Source: Dethiobacteria bacterium
Lineage (GTDB): Bacteria > Bacillota > Dethiobacteria > DTU022 > UBA8154
Reading direction: 5' to 3'
Length of the DNA: 64,000 bases
Assembly: GCA_050948825.1 (NCBI GenBank)
Contig: JBMNEO010000001.1
Location: 11,673-75,672, forward strand
The notes under the pieces are model-generated. The model made no database searches, had not been told where the DNA came from, and worked only from the letters and a program-made list of their open reading frames with translations. Of the stretch, positions 34,590-44,966 are shown in pieces. How positions within the stretch are numbered: the stretch's first letter is position 1; each line of letters opens with the position of its first letter. The translations under genes were made by a program, and so were the position numbers.

Positions 34590-35354
34590 TCATATCTTTC
34601 CTTCCAGCACATTCGTTCCATAATTTTTTTGCTGTTGAGTCTTCTTCTCGTATGGGCTGTTGTACTGAAATATATATCCTCCTGATGCAAATGTTTCGGA
34701 GTGAAATAATTCTTTACTGGTATAGATTTTTCCGGAAAATTCCATAATGCCGGGCTCGGAGCAGCAGACTATTGTATTAAAAGGCGGCTGCTTTTTCAGC
34801 AATGTGTTCCATCCCTGTAAAAAGGGCAGCGCATCTTTCCCGGATACCCGTTTAATAATTATATCGTAATCAAACTCGCTGTCTTGAATATGATAGTCCG
34901 CCTTTTTATTTTCAGGGTTGAAAGAAATCCTAACGGCATCTTTTTTGTATTTGCCGAGGATTATTTTCTGGGGCAGCACCTCGTCATTTTCTTCCCCTGC
35001 CTTGTAGTACAGGAGAGCCCCTTGAATTTTTTTGCCGGGGCAAACGAACAGGCAGTACAGCAGCATGCCCAGGATTAAAAAAATCAGGAGCGTAATTAAT
35101 GCAACACCCACTCCGTACAGCAGAGGGCGAAAAGAAGAGGATAAGATACGTGCCAGTGCTATCCCCGGGGTGATGATTTCCAGCTCCATCTCCAATATCT
35201 GCGGTTCCACTGCGGTGGAAGAATTTTCCGCCACAAAGGCTAACCGGAGCGGGTAAATCCGGGGTTGTAAATCCTGAAAAAGGTTTAAATCCAGGTTAAA
35301 GCTCGTTTTTTGACCGGGTTCAAGCGTAATTCCCCGCGAACTGAGGCCGCCCAC
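34590..35354 (-). CDS. Hypothetical bitopic membrane protein in the Tad locus (GTG start)
   Basis: 254 aa with one central TM (..LLYGVGVALITLLIFLILGMLLYCLFV..). No recognised domain. Confidence 0.4.
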   Translation of the reverse strand: MGGLSSRGITLEPGQKTSFNLDLNLFQDLQPRIYPLRLAFVAENSSTAVEPQILEMELEIITPGIALARILSSSFRPLLYGVGVALITLLIFLILGMLLYCLFVCPGKKIQGALLYYKAGEENDEVLPQKIILGKYKKDAVRISFNPENKKADYHIQDSEFDYDIIIKRVSGKDALPFLQGWNTLLKKQPPFNTIVCCSEPGIMEFSGKIYTSKELFHSETFASGGYIFQYNSPYEKKTQQQKNYGTNVLEGKI

Positions 35355-35370
35355 CGGATCTTGCCGCTGA

Positions 35371-37191
35371 TCAACGAACAGTGTTTCCTGGAAAGGGGAT
35401 TCGTTGTTTACTTCCAGAGTTCAACGAGATGCTCCTTCCCGCAAGCGAACTGTATTCAAGGCGGGAAGCGTTAATATGTACCTTACCCGGAGCGTAAACG
35501 GCAAAGGGATCCAGGCCTTTTTCTACAGTAAACTCGCTGCCCATGTATTTTCCTGCAGCAAGCAGCGCAGCGGTGGCTATCCCCTCTTTTTTAAATGTAT
35601 GGCGGCCGGACCAGATACCGTCGGCCCTCTTTATATCCCCCTGCTCCTGTTTGCCTTGATCGTTCAGCGGGACGGTTTCCCTCGTCCCGTCCTCGTAATT
35701 AATTACTAAACTAAAGTTGTCAACTATAAGCTCACGGCCTTCCTCCAGCCTCTTTCCCCGGGCATTTAATGCACCGGTTATCACAACTTCTTCTCCCAAG
35801 CGAATATCCTCTGCCGGCCAAAAGTCGGTACTCAACGTTGGAAGTAATTTTACATAAAATTTAAACGGATCGGTACTGATAACCTGATCATCAAAAAGCA
35901 AGCGCAGCGTTAGCTCATAGGTACCCGTCTCATCAACTTTATCATAAACGCCGGTATAGTAACCGCCTTTGCCCTCCTGCAGCGGGATAAAGACGGGATC
36001 GGCGCCGGATTTTTCCAGTTGTATCTCCACTTTCAGGGGGATATCCTGCAAAAAATCGTCGCCGGTTACCTTTACTTTTAACTGGAGCGGCTCGTTTAAA
36101 GGATGCTGTGATAAGGGGACAGGTTCCTCCAGCCAGCCTTTGATAAAAAGATCCATATCCCCCAGGACGTTGACCTCCCCGCTCCCCGAGAAAACGGCCT
36201 GCCATTTTCCGGTATGAGTGTCTCCGGGGTCCGAGAGGACAGCCATGCTGTAGTTTTCATGGTTGTTTACCGTTATTCTCTCTATTTCGCCGGGTCGGCT
36301 CCCCGGCGGGACAATGGACAACTCGCATTTTCCCGCAGCCAGGTTAACGGCAACTAGATTAACCTGCCGGATATAATCTTCTACCTGGAATTCGAACGCC
36401 TGTGGCGAACCTTCCTGGAGATGAAATGTCCGGTTCACCAGGCTCCTGCGGTTTTTCAAATGTCCCAAAAGCTTGAAGAAGGAAACCACAAGTTCACCCG
36501 GCTCTTCCAAAAGATAGGAGTCCCCTTTTGTGTCCAGGGAGATCTTTTGCGTCAGCTCCGGGTTTATCTCATCGCTAAAGGCAACCGTGTAAATCGGTAT
36601 GCCGGAGAGCGCATAGTCTTCGACTAATTTCCAAAGGGAATCCATATATGATCCCATAAACGCAGGGTTATTTTGCGTGAGCGCAGGGTCGGGGCTCGGT
36701 TCCCCATCCGTAAGGAGCACTGCCAGCTGGCGGGCGTTCCCGGTTCCGGCTGCTTGAAATTGTTGAAACTGCCCGCGGGCCGCTTCCAAAGCCTCCAAAT
36801 AATCCGTGTATCCCCGGGGTTGAAGTTCAGCAGAGAGCTTCTCCTTGATCTGTTCTTTTCTGGAGGTGCTTTCGATCCGCTCCAGGGGAAATACAACTCT
36901 GGCATCATGGTCAAAGGTGATCACCCCCAGGAAGTCCTCGGGGCTTAGCAGATCAATAAAAATTCGGGAGGCCGTTTCCCGCAGCATTTGCGGATCTGTA
37001 TTCTGCATGCTGCCGGAAGTGTCGATCACCAAAATGATGGCAAGCTTCTCCCCGGTGAGAGCTTCCTCTGCCCGGACGTCAGGGGTAGAGCAAAATAGCA
37101 TGCAGGGTAAAATAATAATCGCCATGATCGCTGTGACAAATAGTTTGTATGGAATCCATCTTTTTGATGCTGCCATATTTGACGCTGCCAT
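35371..37191 (-). CDS. Secreted von Willebrand factor A (vWA) domain protein, TadG/pilus-associated-type
   Basis: Signal peptide. The vWA MIDAS motif is ..LAIILVIDTSGSMQ.. ...VLLTDGEPS... The large C-terminal beta-rich region is ~600 aa. Confidence 0.7.
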   Translation of the reverse strand: MAASNMAASKRWIPYKLFVTAIMAIIILPCMLFCSTPDVRAEEALTGEKLAIILVIDTSGSMQNTDPQMLRETASRIFIDLLSPEDFLGVITFDHDARVVFPLERIESTSRKEQIKEKLSAELQPRGYTDYLEALEAARGQFQQFQAAGTGNARQLAVLLTDGEPSPDPALTQNNPAFMGSYMDSLWKLVEDYALSGIPIYTVAFSDEINPELTQKISLDTKGDSYLLEEPGELVVSFFKLLGHLKNRRSLVNRTFHLQEGSPQAFEFQVEDYIRQVNLVAVNLAAGKCELSIVPPGSRPGEIERITVNNHENYSMAVLSDPGDTHTGKWQAVFSGSGEVNVLGDMDLFIKGWLEEPVPLSQHPLNEPLQLKVKVTGDDFLQDIPLKVEIQLEKSGADPVFIPLQEGKGGYYTGVYDKVDETGTYELTLRLLFDDQVISTDPFKFYVKLLPTLSTDFWPAEDIRLGEEVVITGALNARGKRLEEGRELIVDNFSLVINYEDGTRETVPLNDQGKQEQGDIKRADGIWSGRHTFKKEGIATAALLAAGKYMGSEFTVEKGLDPFAVYAPGKVHINASRLEYSSLAGRSISLNSGSKQRIPFPGNTVR

Positions 37192-37215
37192 AGGTATTCC
37201 TCCTAAATATTCCTC

Positions 37216-38145
37216 CTAGAACATTTCCCCAAATGATTGAAAAATCCTGAGAAACGCCGGGCCCAACAACACTACAAACAGGGTGGGGAAGATAAAGAAA
37301 ACCAGGGGGAAGAGCATCTTAATCGGAGCCTTCATAGCCGCCTCTTCAGCCCGCTGCCTGCGCTTCTGCCGCATGGTGGAGGCCTGGATACGCAATGTCT
37401 TCGCGATATTGCTGCCAAGCTGTTCGGATTGAATTACAGCGCTGATGAAACTGCTCAAATCGGGAACCCCTGTACGCTTTACAATCCCGCGCAGCGATTC
37501 CTCATGGGTCCTCCCCAGGCGCATCTCTTCCAGTGCACGTGCAAATTCTTTGCCGAGGGCGCCCGTTTCCTGTTCCGCAACTCTTTTTAAGGACATGGTA
37601 AAGCTTAAGCCGGCCTCCACGCTGACCAGCAGCAGGTCGAGAACATCCGGCAGGGCTTTTTGTATCTCTTTTTGCCGCTTTTGGGCCTGCGTGTTGAGAA
37701 TATTGTAGGGCAGCATCCCCCCGATAATGACCGCCAGCGCTGTTATTAAAAAAAAGTTCTGCCCCTCCAAGTTTCTCAACCAGGAAAAGGCCAGGGCTAA
37801 AAGGAGAAAAACCAGCACCATCGCCGCCTGCAGCGAAACAAAACCGTTAAATGATATATTCCACGGGTTGCCGGAATAGGAGATTTTTCTTTCAATACTA
37901 TTGCGGAATTCCCGCGGGGTAACGCTCCCCAAAACCCCGCTGATCTTTTTAAAACCTGGCCGGATCAGCCTTTCAAAGAAGGGTTTTTTTAGTTCATCTT
38001 CCTCATTGTCGCCCGTATCCATTTTTTTAACTTCCAGTAGCCGCTCCGCAAGCTGCCGCTTGCTGTTGAAAAATACTTCAGAAACAGCAACGACCAGCAA
38101 AACGACAGTGGAAAAGGTTAGCAAATATATTACCGGGGATAACAT
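37216..38145 (-). CDS. tadC: Tad pilus inner-membrane platform protein TadC (T2SSF domain)
   Basis: ..LPDVLDLLLVSVEAGLSFTMSLKRVAE.. is T2SSF. There are 3 TM helices. The start is at MLSPVIY with an AAAGAGGG RBS. The ORF track extends to 38229. Confidence 0.75.
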   Translation of the reverse strand: MLSPVIYLLTFSTVVLLVVAVSEVFFNSKRQLAERLLEVKKMDTGDNEEDELKKPFFERLIRPGFKKISGVLGSVTPREFRNSIERKISYSGNPWNISFNGFVSLQAAMVLVFLLLALAFSWLRNLEGQNFFLITALAVIIGGMLPYNILNTQAQKRQKEIQKALPDVLDLLLVSVEAGLSFTMSLKRVAEQETGALGKEFARALEEMRLGRTHEESLRGIVKRTGVPDLSSFISAVIQSEQLGSNIAKTLRIQASTMRQKRRQRAEEAAMKAPIKMLFPLVFFIFPTLFVVLLGPAFLRIFQSFGEMF

Positions 38146-38314
38146 TTTTACACCCTCTTTAACGTTCAATAATTCCGGAATCCAAATGACTATATCCGGT
38201 GCAAATCTCAGGCGCGCCCAGGGCGACATAAATCGGATCGTTATCGCGCACGGTGAAACCTACATACCGGGTCCGGTCCGAAGCCTAGACTCGATCGTAT
38301 GATCTTCGAATACA

Positions 38315-39250
38315 TTACCCGACGATCTGCATAACCACTGCAAAGCCAAGCATGAGCAGCCCCAGGGTTTCCTGCACGAGCGTTAACATATAGTCAGGGT
38401 TCATGATCGCTAAAAAAGCGGCAACAGCAAAGGGTAATAATACAATAATGATCGCGGACAATTTGCCCTGAGCCGTGAGGGTTTTAATCTCCCCCTGGAT
38501 TCTGACACGTTCCCGTATGGTGTGCGCGATATTATCCAGGATCTCGGCAAGGTTGCCGCCGACCTGTTTCTGGATGAGCAGTGCGGTTATGACAAGATTA
38601 AGATCGTCGCTGTCGATCCTCTCCCCAAGGTTATGCAGCACTTCCTCAAGCTGTTTGCCCATACGGTTTTCCAGGATTACCCGACCAAATTCCTCGCCGA
38701 TCGGGGGGGGCATCTCCCGCTGGACTACAGCCATGGCCTGTGGAAAACTAAAGCCTGACCTGAGGCCGCTGGAAACGATGGAGAGCGCTTCCGGAAGCTG
38801 GCGTGTAAAAGCGGCAGTCCTGCTGTTTTTTTTAAGATCGACAATGATTCCGGGGAGCTTTAACCCTGCCAGCCCGGAAAGGATGGAAAACAGCAAAGAT
38901 CCGCTAATAATGTAAATAAGGAAGAACATCGCCAATCCGCTAAAAAAAGTCAGCCCCGCATACTCTTCCGCGCGCATTAAGATGTGCGCCTGCAGCAGCT
39001 TTTTCTGGATTGTATGCTGATTGCCGCGCCGGGAGATCGTTTTTCCCAGCAGGCCCAAAAAACGCAACAGTTCGCCCCCGAAACCATTAGACCTGACCGT
39101 CTCCGGCTGTGCAGGGGCGGCCTCAGGCATGGTACAGGTTTTTAACCTTTCCCTGACAAGCATCTGTGAAGAAAAAATAAGCTGGTGCATCCCTGCAAAC
39201 AGCAATATTACGGTTAAAAAAGCACCGCTACAGGCTACGTAAAACATCAT
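38315..39250 (-). CDS. tadB: Tad pilus inner-membrane platform protein TadB (T2SSF domain)
   Basis: ..LPEALSIVSSGLRSGFSFPQAMAVV.. is T2SSF. TM helices sit at both ends. Confidence 0.75.
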   Translation of the reverse strand: MMFYVACSGAFLTVILLFAGMHQLIFSSQMLVRERLKTCTMPEAAPAQPETVRSNGFGGELLRFLGLLGKTISRRGNQHTIQKKLLQAHILMRAEEYAGLTFFSGLAMFFLIYIISGSLLFSILSGLAGLKLPGIIVDLKKNSRTAAFTRQLPEALSIVSSGLRSGFSFPQAMAVVQREMPPPIGEEFGRVILENRMGKQLEEVLHNLGERIDSDDLNLVITALLIQKQVGGNLAEILDNIAHTIRERVRIQGEIKTLTAQGKLSAIIIVLLPFAVAAFLAIMNPDYMLTLVQETLGLLMLGFAVVMQIVG

Positions 39251-39265
39251 CTTAGAACCTCCTGG

Positions 39266-40576
39266 TTAGAACCTTCTGAAAGCCGGCTCGGGATGTTTAT
39301 CCTGAAATATTTCCATACTCAATTTCTCATTGTATGCTTTCAGCTTTTCCATACACTGGGGAATAATGCCGGTCGGCATGTGTCTTCCGCTAATAAAGCC
39401 TTTTTCATTAATACCTGACTGGTTATAAACAAAGATATCCTGCATGGTGATCGTATCGCCTTCCATCCCGACCACCTCAGTTATCTTGACTATTTTGCGG
39501 CTCCCGTCATTAAGGCGAGACTGCTGAATTATAAGGTCGATAGCCGAGGAAATCTGCTCCCGGATCGCCCGCAGGGGTAAATCCATCCCCGCCATAAGCA
39601 CCATTGTCTCCAAACGTGCCAGGGCATCTCTGGGATTGTTGGCATGCAGGGTCGAGATTGATCCATCGTGTCCCGTATTCATCGCCTGAAGCATGTCAAG
39701 AGCCTCGCCCCCCCTTACCTCACCGACCACAATACGATCGGGGCGCATCCGCAGTGAGTTGATGACGAGATCCCTGATCGCAATTCTTCCCTTGCCGTCT
39801 ATATTCGGGGGACGGCTTTCCAGGGTAACAACGTGCTCCTGCCAGAGCTGCAGCTCTGCCGCGTCTTCAATGGTAACGATGCGCTCCTTTTCAGGGATGA
39901 AGCTGGAAAGCACGTTTAAAGTAGTGGTTTTACCGCTGCCGGTCCCTCCGGAGACGATGATATTCGCCCGGGCGCGCACGCACCCCCTTAAAAAGTTTGC
40001 TATTTCCCTGGTCATCGTGCCAAAGCCGATCAAATCCTCTGACTTAAAGGGGTCCGTGGCAAATTTCCGGATTGTCAGAACAGGACCCCTGACGGCCAGC
40101 GGCGGGATTATTGCGTTCACCCGCGAGCCGTCCGGCAGGCGGGCGTCAACCATCGGCGAACGATCGTCGATCCTTCTTCCCAGAGGAGCAAGGATCTTCT
40201 CTATCGTATGAACAACATGGGCATTGTCCCGGAAACATACACCGGTTTTTATAATTTTTCCGTCCCGTTCAATAAAAACCTGGTCGCAGCTGTTTACCAT
40301 AATCTCTGTAACGGTAGGATCGTGAATGAGCGGATCTATCGGACCGTAACCGAGGATTTCATCTGCCACATCCTCAATGACTTTTTGGCTGTCGCTTTGC
40401 GAGAGTTCCCGGCCAAACTCATTCAGGACAACTTCTAAAGTGCGGTTTATTTGCTTGTAGAGATGTTCCTTTCGAGCCGGATTCATTCTCTCCGGGAAAA
40501 ATGCGCTGTCTGTCGTACCAATGACCTGTCGCAGGGTTTCACTGACAATTATGTCCAGCTCTATTTTCTTATTCAT
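39266..40576 (-). CDS. cpaF: Tad/Flp pilus assembly ATPase CpaF/TadA
   Basis: ..IIVSGGTGSGKTTTLNVLSSFIP..ERIVTIEDAAELQL..RMRPDRIVVGEVRGGEALDMLQAMNTGHDGSISTLHAN.. Confidence 0.9.
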   Translation of the reverse strand: MNKKIELDIIVSETLRQVIGTTDSAFFPERMNPARKEHLYKQINRTLEVVLNEFGRELSQSDSQKVIEDVADEILGYGPIDPLIHDPTVTEIMVNSCDQVFIERDGKIIKTGVCFRDNAHVVHTIEKILAPLGRRIDDRSPMVDARLPDGSRVNAIIPPLAVRGPVLTIRKFATDPFKSEDLIGFGTMTREIANFLRGCVRARANIIVSGGTGSGKTTTLNVLSSFIPEKERIVTIEDAAELQLWQEHVVTLESRPPNIDGKGRIAIRDLVINSLRMRPDRIVVGEVRGGEALDMLQAMNTGHDGSISTLHANNPRDALARLETMVLMAGMDLPLRAIREQISSAIDLIIQQSRLNDGSRKIVKITEVVGMEGDTITMQDIFVYNQSGINEKGFISGRHMPTGIIPQCMEKLKAYNEKLSMEIFQDKHPEPAFRRF

Positions 40577-41744
40577 TTCCTGTTGCCACCCCGTTTTCTA
40601 ATATTTTACGTGCTATGCGCTGAATGCCGCGGCTGATTCTTGCCCGGGGATTGAGCAGGACAACAGGAACGCCTTTGTTTAATGACGAAGATACCAGCCT
40701 GTGCTCCGCCGGCAGCAACCCGTAAAGGCTTTGCTCCAGAGTTGTCTCGACATCCCTGCTCTTTATCTCACCCCGCGGTTCTGCCTTGTTAAGCAGCAGT
40801 CTTATCTTATGCCTGGGATAGTTAATAGTATTTAAAGAAACCATGCAGGCCCTGGTATTGCGAATCGCAGCTAAATCCTGCGTGGTAACAAGCATGAGCA
40901 GGTCGGCTTCCTGAAAGGCAGGGCTCATTGCGTCACCGGCACTTACAGGCAGATCTATAACAACATAATCAAATCCTTCTTGCAGGATCTTGATGATTGC
41001 TTCAACATGATCGGCGCCAATGAAATTTGTCATCTGCGGCTGTACGTTGGCGGCCAGCACCTTGACGCCGGATTGATGCTCAGTGAGGTAGCCGTTTAAC
41101 AGATCACTGTCAAGGTTGCGGATATCATTGACAACATCGGCAATTGTATAACGCGGAATAAGATTTAAGGCCAGAGAAATACTGCCAAAATCGAGGTCTA
41201 GATCTAACAGCGCTACCTTCTTACCTTTATGCTTCGCCAGGGAAACCGCAAGGTTTGTGGAGAAAAAGGTTTTGCCGACGCCTCCTTTGGTGCTAAATAC
41301 CGTAATAACCTTTCCCCTGCGGAGGTCTTTTTCCGCTCCGGGCTTTTTCTCTCGTTGCAGCTCCCTTTTCTTCTTCTCCAGCTGAAAGCTGCGGTGGATG
41401 GCATCAACCAGTTTTGATGGTGGAAAGGGATAGACGATCGCGTCCTTTGCCCCGGCAATAATCGTTTTACGCATAGCTTCTTCATTTATTTCATCTTCAA
41501 TCATGATAGTCGAAATCCAGGAGTGGGATAAAGAAAGCTGTTCCGCCAGCTTGTAACCGTCTTCCGAAAGAAGTGCATCAATGAGCATCACATCCGGATT
41601 ACTTTTCTCCACCATTTCCAGCGCCTCTTCAGCACTGCCGGCTTCACCTTCCAGCTTGATAAACTCCACATTGGAAAGGGTTCCGGCGATAGCTGACCGC
41701 TTTTCCGGGTCATTTTCAACAACGAGTACTTTAATACGCTCCAT
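40569..41744 (-). CDS. Response-regulator receiver domain fused to a CpaE/TadZ-like MinD/ParA-family ATPase
   Basis: N-terminal REC: MERIKVLVVENDPEKR..DVMLIDALL. The P-loop reads VITVFSTKGGVGKTFFSTNLAVSLA, with ..DYVVIDLP... Confidence 0.75.
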   Translation of the reverse strand: MERIKVLVVENDPEKRSAIAGTLSNVEFIKLEGEAGSAEEALEMVEKSNPDVMLIDALLSEDGYKLAEQLSLSHSWISTIMIEDEINEEAMRKTIIAGAKDAIVYPFPPSKLVDAIHRSFQLEKKKRELQREKKPGAEKDLRRGKVITVFSTKGGVGKTFFSTNLAVSLAKHKGKKVALLDLDLDFGSISLALNLIPRYTIADVVNDIRNLDSDLLNGYLTEHQSGVKVLAANVQPQMTNFIGADHVEAIIKILQEGFDYVVIDLPVSAGDAMSPAFQEADLLMLVTTQDLAAIRNTRACMVSLNTINYPRHKIRLLLNKAEPRGEIKSRDVETTLEQSLYGLLPAEHRLVSSSLNKGVPVVLLNPRARISRGIQRIARKILENGVATGNE

Positions 41745-41748
41745 GAAA

Positions 41749-42492
41749 TCACCTCTCCCTGAACGATTCTAAGTTTTCGGGGCTATAATAATCAAGCCCT
41801 ACTGTTTCTTCGTCGAGCGGCGAGCGCAGGCTCAGGTGGAAAGTCCCGTTAACATTGGCAAAGGCAAGCACTTCGGCCTGCGCCGGAGTAACCAGAAGCG
41901 TTACTGAATTTACAAGCTGCCTTTCCTCATTATCCTGCGGAAGGGTATGCTCTCCGACAGCCAGCACAGTGACATTTTGAACCACGGTGTAAACGATGGG
42001 GACTTCTTTGATGTCAGTATCGTCATAGGAAACCAGAACATCAACCTTATCCCCCGCCGAAATATAACCGGCAACCCCGATTTCCTCGCTGTTTATGGGG
42101 ATAGAAAACCCCCTGAGTTTTTCCGGCACACGGTAAGACAGCCCGGCCCGCCTGACGTCCGTAGCAACCCGGCTTTTCAGGACCTGCTCTCCTTTAATAA
42201 TATCCGCCCTGGAGATGCCGCCGACAGCCTCGTCCAAACTCGTCAGGGCCTCCGGATGCAGAGTATCTTCCGGGACAGAAGTAATTGTGAGCATCTCCGA
42301 TGTTATTCTGCTGTGCTGCGGTATTGTAATACCGGCGACCACCACGTCTGTTTGTGGGACGGGCGGCAGCGTTGAAGCCGCAGCAGGGTTTTTAAGATAC
42401 TGGTTTAACGCTAAAACTGTAATAAGTCCCATAATCACCGCCAATAACAAAAGCTTTCTACCGGATTTCAAAAGAATACCCGCCCCTTTCAA
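41749..42492 (-). CDS. cpaB: Flp pilus assembly protein CpaB/RcpC (SAF + RcpC domains, N-terminal TM)
   Basis: ..VVAGITIPQHSRITSEMLTITSVPEDTL.. then ..RGFSIPINSEEIGVAGYISAGDKVDVLVSY.. Confidence 0.75.
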   Translation of the reverse strand: MKGAGILLKSGRKLLLLAVIMGLITVLALNQYLKNPAAASTLPPVPQTDVVVAGITIPQHSRITSEMLTITSVPEDTLHPEALTSLDEAVGGISRADIIKGEQVLKSRVATDVRRAGLSYRVPEKLRGFSIPINSEEIGVAGYISAGDKVDVLVSYDDTDIKEVPIVYTVVQNVTVLAVGEHTLPQDNEERQLVNSVTLLVTPAQAEVLAFANVNGTFHLSLRSPLDEETVGLDYYSPENLESFRER

Positions 42493-42499
42493 TTGAGCT

Positions 42500-43474
42500 T
42501 TACTCCACTAGCACAAGGTTGTAAACACCAAAGTCATTTTCATCAGCAGGATCATCGGGTGAAGAAGGCGAAGCGTTATTCGGCAAAAACCATTTAATAA
42601 ACTTCCCCGTAACATTACACATATTTCCACTGCCCTCTACCCCTGTTATCTCGAAGCATGCAAAGCCGGCCACCTGTATCGAACCTCTCCCGCTTACATC
42701 TGTTATGCTGCTGTCATAAAGCGGGATTATAACAATCGTGTCATTATGGTCAAGCCTGTAACTTATCCCTTGATTTGTAGGCCCGGACATGTTTCCCGGT
42801 TCGGTGTCGATATAATCACCAATGGAGATTACTCCCTGGTAACCGTGCTTGATATTATTCCTGTAGTTGTTCGCTCCCGTACCCCCGAGAGCGATTGCGC
42901 CGAAATTACCATTGCCGATGGATCCGTCCTGCCATTTTCCAACTTTGAGCAGGACCTCTTCGCCGTAACTATAATCTTCTCCGGGAGGCGGCATAGGTAC
43001 GATAAAGGGAACAATCCCGGTTACCGCCCTGGCCGGCTTGATCGCAGCTTTGGCCCGCGCAGATACTGACGTTGAATGAAAGCCCAGGACCTTTGCAAAT
43101 GAGAAGTCAACAACCTGGCTGGCGGATACCGTGATTTCACAATTGTTGCCGGAGACAGTTACGGTAACATTCTCCGGCTCTGCCCCGTTTTTCGAAGCAT
43201 ATTCAAGCGCTCTCGTTTCGGCTTGAGCGGGGTTGCTTACCAGTTCCTGGGCTCCCGCCAGCGCTGCGGCATCGGCAGCGGTAACCATTTTTCTTCTGGC
43301 ATAGGCGATACTCCCTACATCGGTAACCATCGCCGTTAAGCCGAGCAAAAATACCATTGCGGCGGCGATAATTACAAGGACACCCCCATTTTCATCGGTT
43401 AGCAGCAAATTAAACTTTTTCTTCATTACACAGTCATCCTTTTTGCTTGCCGGGCCATGATCAAACTCAATCAT
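42500..43474 (-). CDS. TadE/TadG-like pseudopilin / pilus-assembly protein (Tad-family N-terminal domain)
   Basis: ..NGGVLVIIAAAMVFLLGLTAMVTDVGSIAYARRKMVTAADAAALAGAQE.. is the typical Tad TadE/G-like N-terminal domain. Its ATGA overlaps tadE. Confidence 0.6.
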   Translation of the reverse strand: MIEFDHGPASKKDDCVMKKKFNLLLTDENGGVLVIIAAAMVFLLGLTAMVTDVGSIAYARRKMVTAADAAALAGAQELVSNPAQAETRALEYASKNGAEPENVTVTVSGNNCEITVSASQVVDFSFAKVLGFHSTSVSARAKAAIKPARAVTGIVPFIVPMPPPGEDYSYGEEVLLKVGKWQDGSIGNGNFGAIALGGTGANNYRNNIKHGYQGVISIGDYIDTEPGNMSGPTNQGISYRLDHNDTIVIIPLYDSSITDVSGRGSIQVAGFACFEITGVEGSGNMCNVTGKFIKWFLPNNASPSSPDDPADENDFGVYNLVLVE

Positions 43475-43980
43475 GTGACCGGCAGGATTTTCGTGCCGTC
43501 CTCATCGCCCCCGGGGATAAGGGCAAGGTCCGCCGTCGAAATTAAGGCAGAGGCGGCCTGCCCAACCTCGAGGCGCATTGACGCGGTGGAGACCAGCGGA
43601 AAGACATCTCCGACCATTCTATCCAGAATGGGAACAATTACATCCACAGATGCATTAACCGTGACTTCTATTTCTTCGCCAACGATACGGTTTGAAGGGC
43701 CGGGGGTGATGGAGATAGAATCGGAAGAAACATTGAGAAATGGCGTAGAAGCCACACAATCTAAAACCATGCTCTTAACATCGTCATCTGATTTTCCGAC
43801 CGCAGCAAGGCGCGCTCCATCCCTGACTGCATGTGAAATAGTAAGCTGGCCATTAAAGATCAAACCAAACTGAAGTATGCCGAAAAGCAGCGGGGGCAGG
43901 ACAAATATTAATAAGAGCGCAAACTCAACCAGAGACTGCCCCTTTTCCGTTTTTTTCATAAACTTCAGCAGCTTAACCAT
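43471..43980 (-). CDS. tadE: TadE-family minor pilin
   Basis: ..EKGQSLVEFALLLIFVLPPLLFGILQFGLIFNGQLTISHAVRDGARLAAVG.. is the TadE signature. Confidence 0.7.
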   Translation of the reverse strand: MVKLLKFMKKTEKGQSLVEFALLLIFVLPPLLFGILQFGLIFNGQLTISHAVRDGARLAAVGKSDDDVKSMVLDCVASTPFLNVSSDSISITPGPSNRIVGEEIEVTVNASVDVIVPILDRMVGDVFPLVSTASMRLEVGQAASALISTADLALIPGGDEDGTKILPVT

Positions 43981-44068
43981 GCTCTCACACTCCTAACCTG
44001 GACATAGCCGGCGGCAACAGGCTTGCCCCGCCTGCTTGCAGGCAACGGCAGCACGTTGCCGGAATAAT

Positions 44069-44668
44069 TTAAAACAGGCTGTATAAAACGGGCTGTGCAG
44101 CTCCGCTTAAGGCGATAATTGTTCCTGCTGCTATGGCTACACCGTAAGGCAAATAGACCTTTTCCGCTGAATGCGTCTCAAAAGAAGATGATAATAATAA
44201 TGATAGCTGATTAAGATAAGGGTTTCTGAATCTAAAATAAAGTAAAGCAAGCAAGGGAACGGCAACAAAGGCCAGTATTTTCTTTAATATTCTTAAAAAC
44301 TGCCGGTTATAAATTAGATAGATAACAGCAAGAATTCCCCCGCAAAAAGCGGTAAATACCGCGGCATAAAAAACAAACTGCAATCCTTTTAAAGCGCCGA
44401 TAGCCCCCAGGAGTTTTACATCGCCCCCTCCCATGCCGCCGAGCATAAAGGGGATGAAAAAAATGGCTAACCCTAATAGCAGGCCGTAAACGCTGAACAA
44501 AAAACCTTCCGGCCCGCCCGTAATTGTATGAGCCAGCAAACCCCAGAGCATTACCGGAAACGTCAGGAAGTTGGGGATTTTTTTCCTGGTAAGGTCAAAA
44601 AAAAGCGCTGCCAGCAGCAGGGCAAGCAATATATAATCGTTATACTGTAAAGGCAGTTGTAAAATCAT
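44069..44668 (-). CDS. cpaA: Prepilin peptidase (A24 family, CpaA/TadV-like)
   Basis: About 6 TM helices. ..FMLGGMGGGDVKLLGAIGALKG.. supplies the second catalytic Asp. Confidence 0.75.
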   Translation of the reverse strand: MILQLPLQYNDYILLALLLAALFFDLTRKKIPNFLTFPVMLWGLLAHTITGGPEGFLFSVYGLLLGLAIFFIPFMLGGMGGGDVKLLGAIGALKGLQFVFYAAVFTAFCGGILAVIYLIYNRQFLRILKKILAFVAVPLLALLYFRFRNPYLNQLSLLLSSSFETHSAEKVYLPYGVAIAAGTIIALSGAAQPVLYSLF

Positions 44669-44762
44669 AAGAACGCTCCTGCTAATTCAAGTAATCGGGG
44701 GAGAAAACACCCCGGAGATACTGCTCCCGCGATGAAGAGGCCTTTTGTATCTTCATTACGTT

Positions 44763-44936
44763 TTATGGCCAGTTCAGAGCCTCGTGATTGATAAATGTAT
44801 TAAATAAAGCCAGCACTTGCCCCCCCAGCTGCCTCAGGGCAAAAGAGACAATCAGGACAACGAAGGCAATAATCAGGGAATATTCCATCAGACCCTGTCC
44901 CTCATCCAAATACAACTTTTTTATGTAAACAGTCAT
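44763..44936 (-). CDS. flp: Flp-family pilin (57 aa)
   Basis: Not in the ORF track because it is under 60 aa. Minus-strand translation is MTVYIKKLYLDEGQGLMEYSLIIAFVVLIVSFALRQLGGQVLALFNTFINHEALNWP*. It has the Flp motif G-x-x-x-EY plus a hydrophobic helix, with an AAAGAGGA RBS. Confidence 0.7.
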   Translation of the reverse strand: MTVYIKKLYLDEGQGLMEYSLIIAFVVLIVSFALRQLGGQVLALFNTFINHEALNWP

Positions 44937-44966
44937 AGCTTATCCTCTTTTTGCTGAAGATTTTTT

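Noticed and set aside
35404-35709. 101-aa plus-strand ORF
   Set aside because: It is antisense to the vWA protein gene and has no support.
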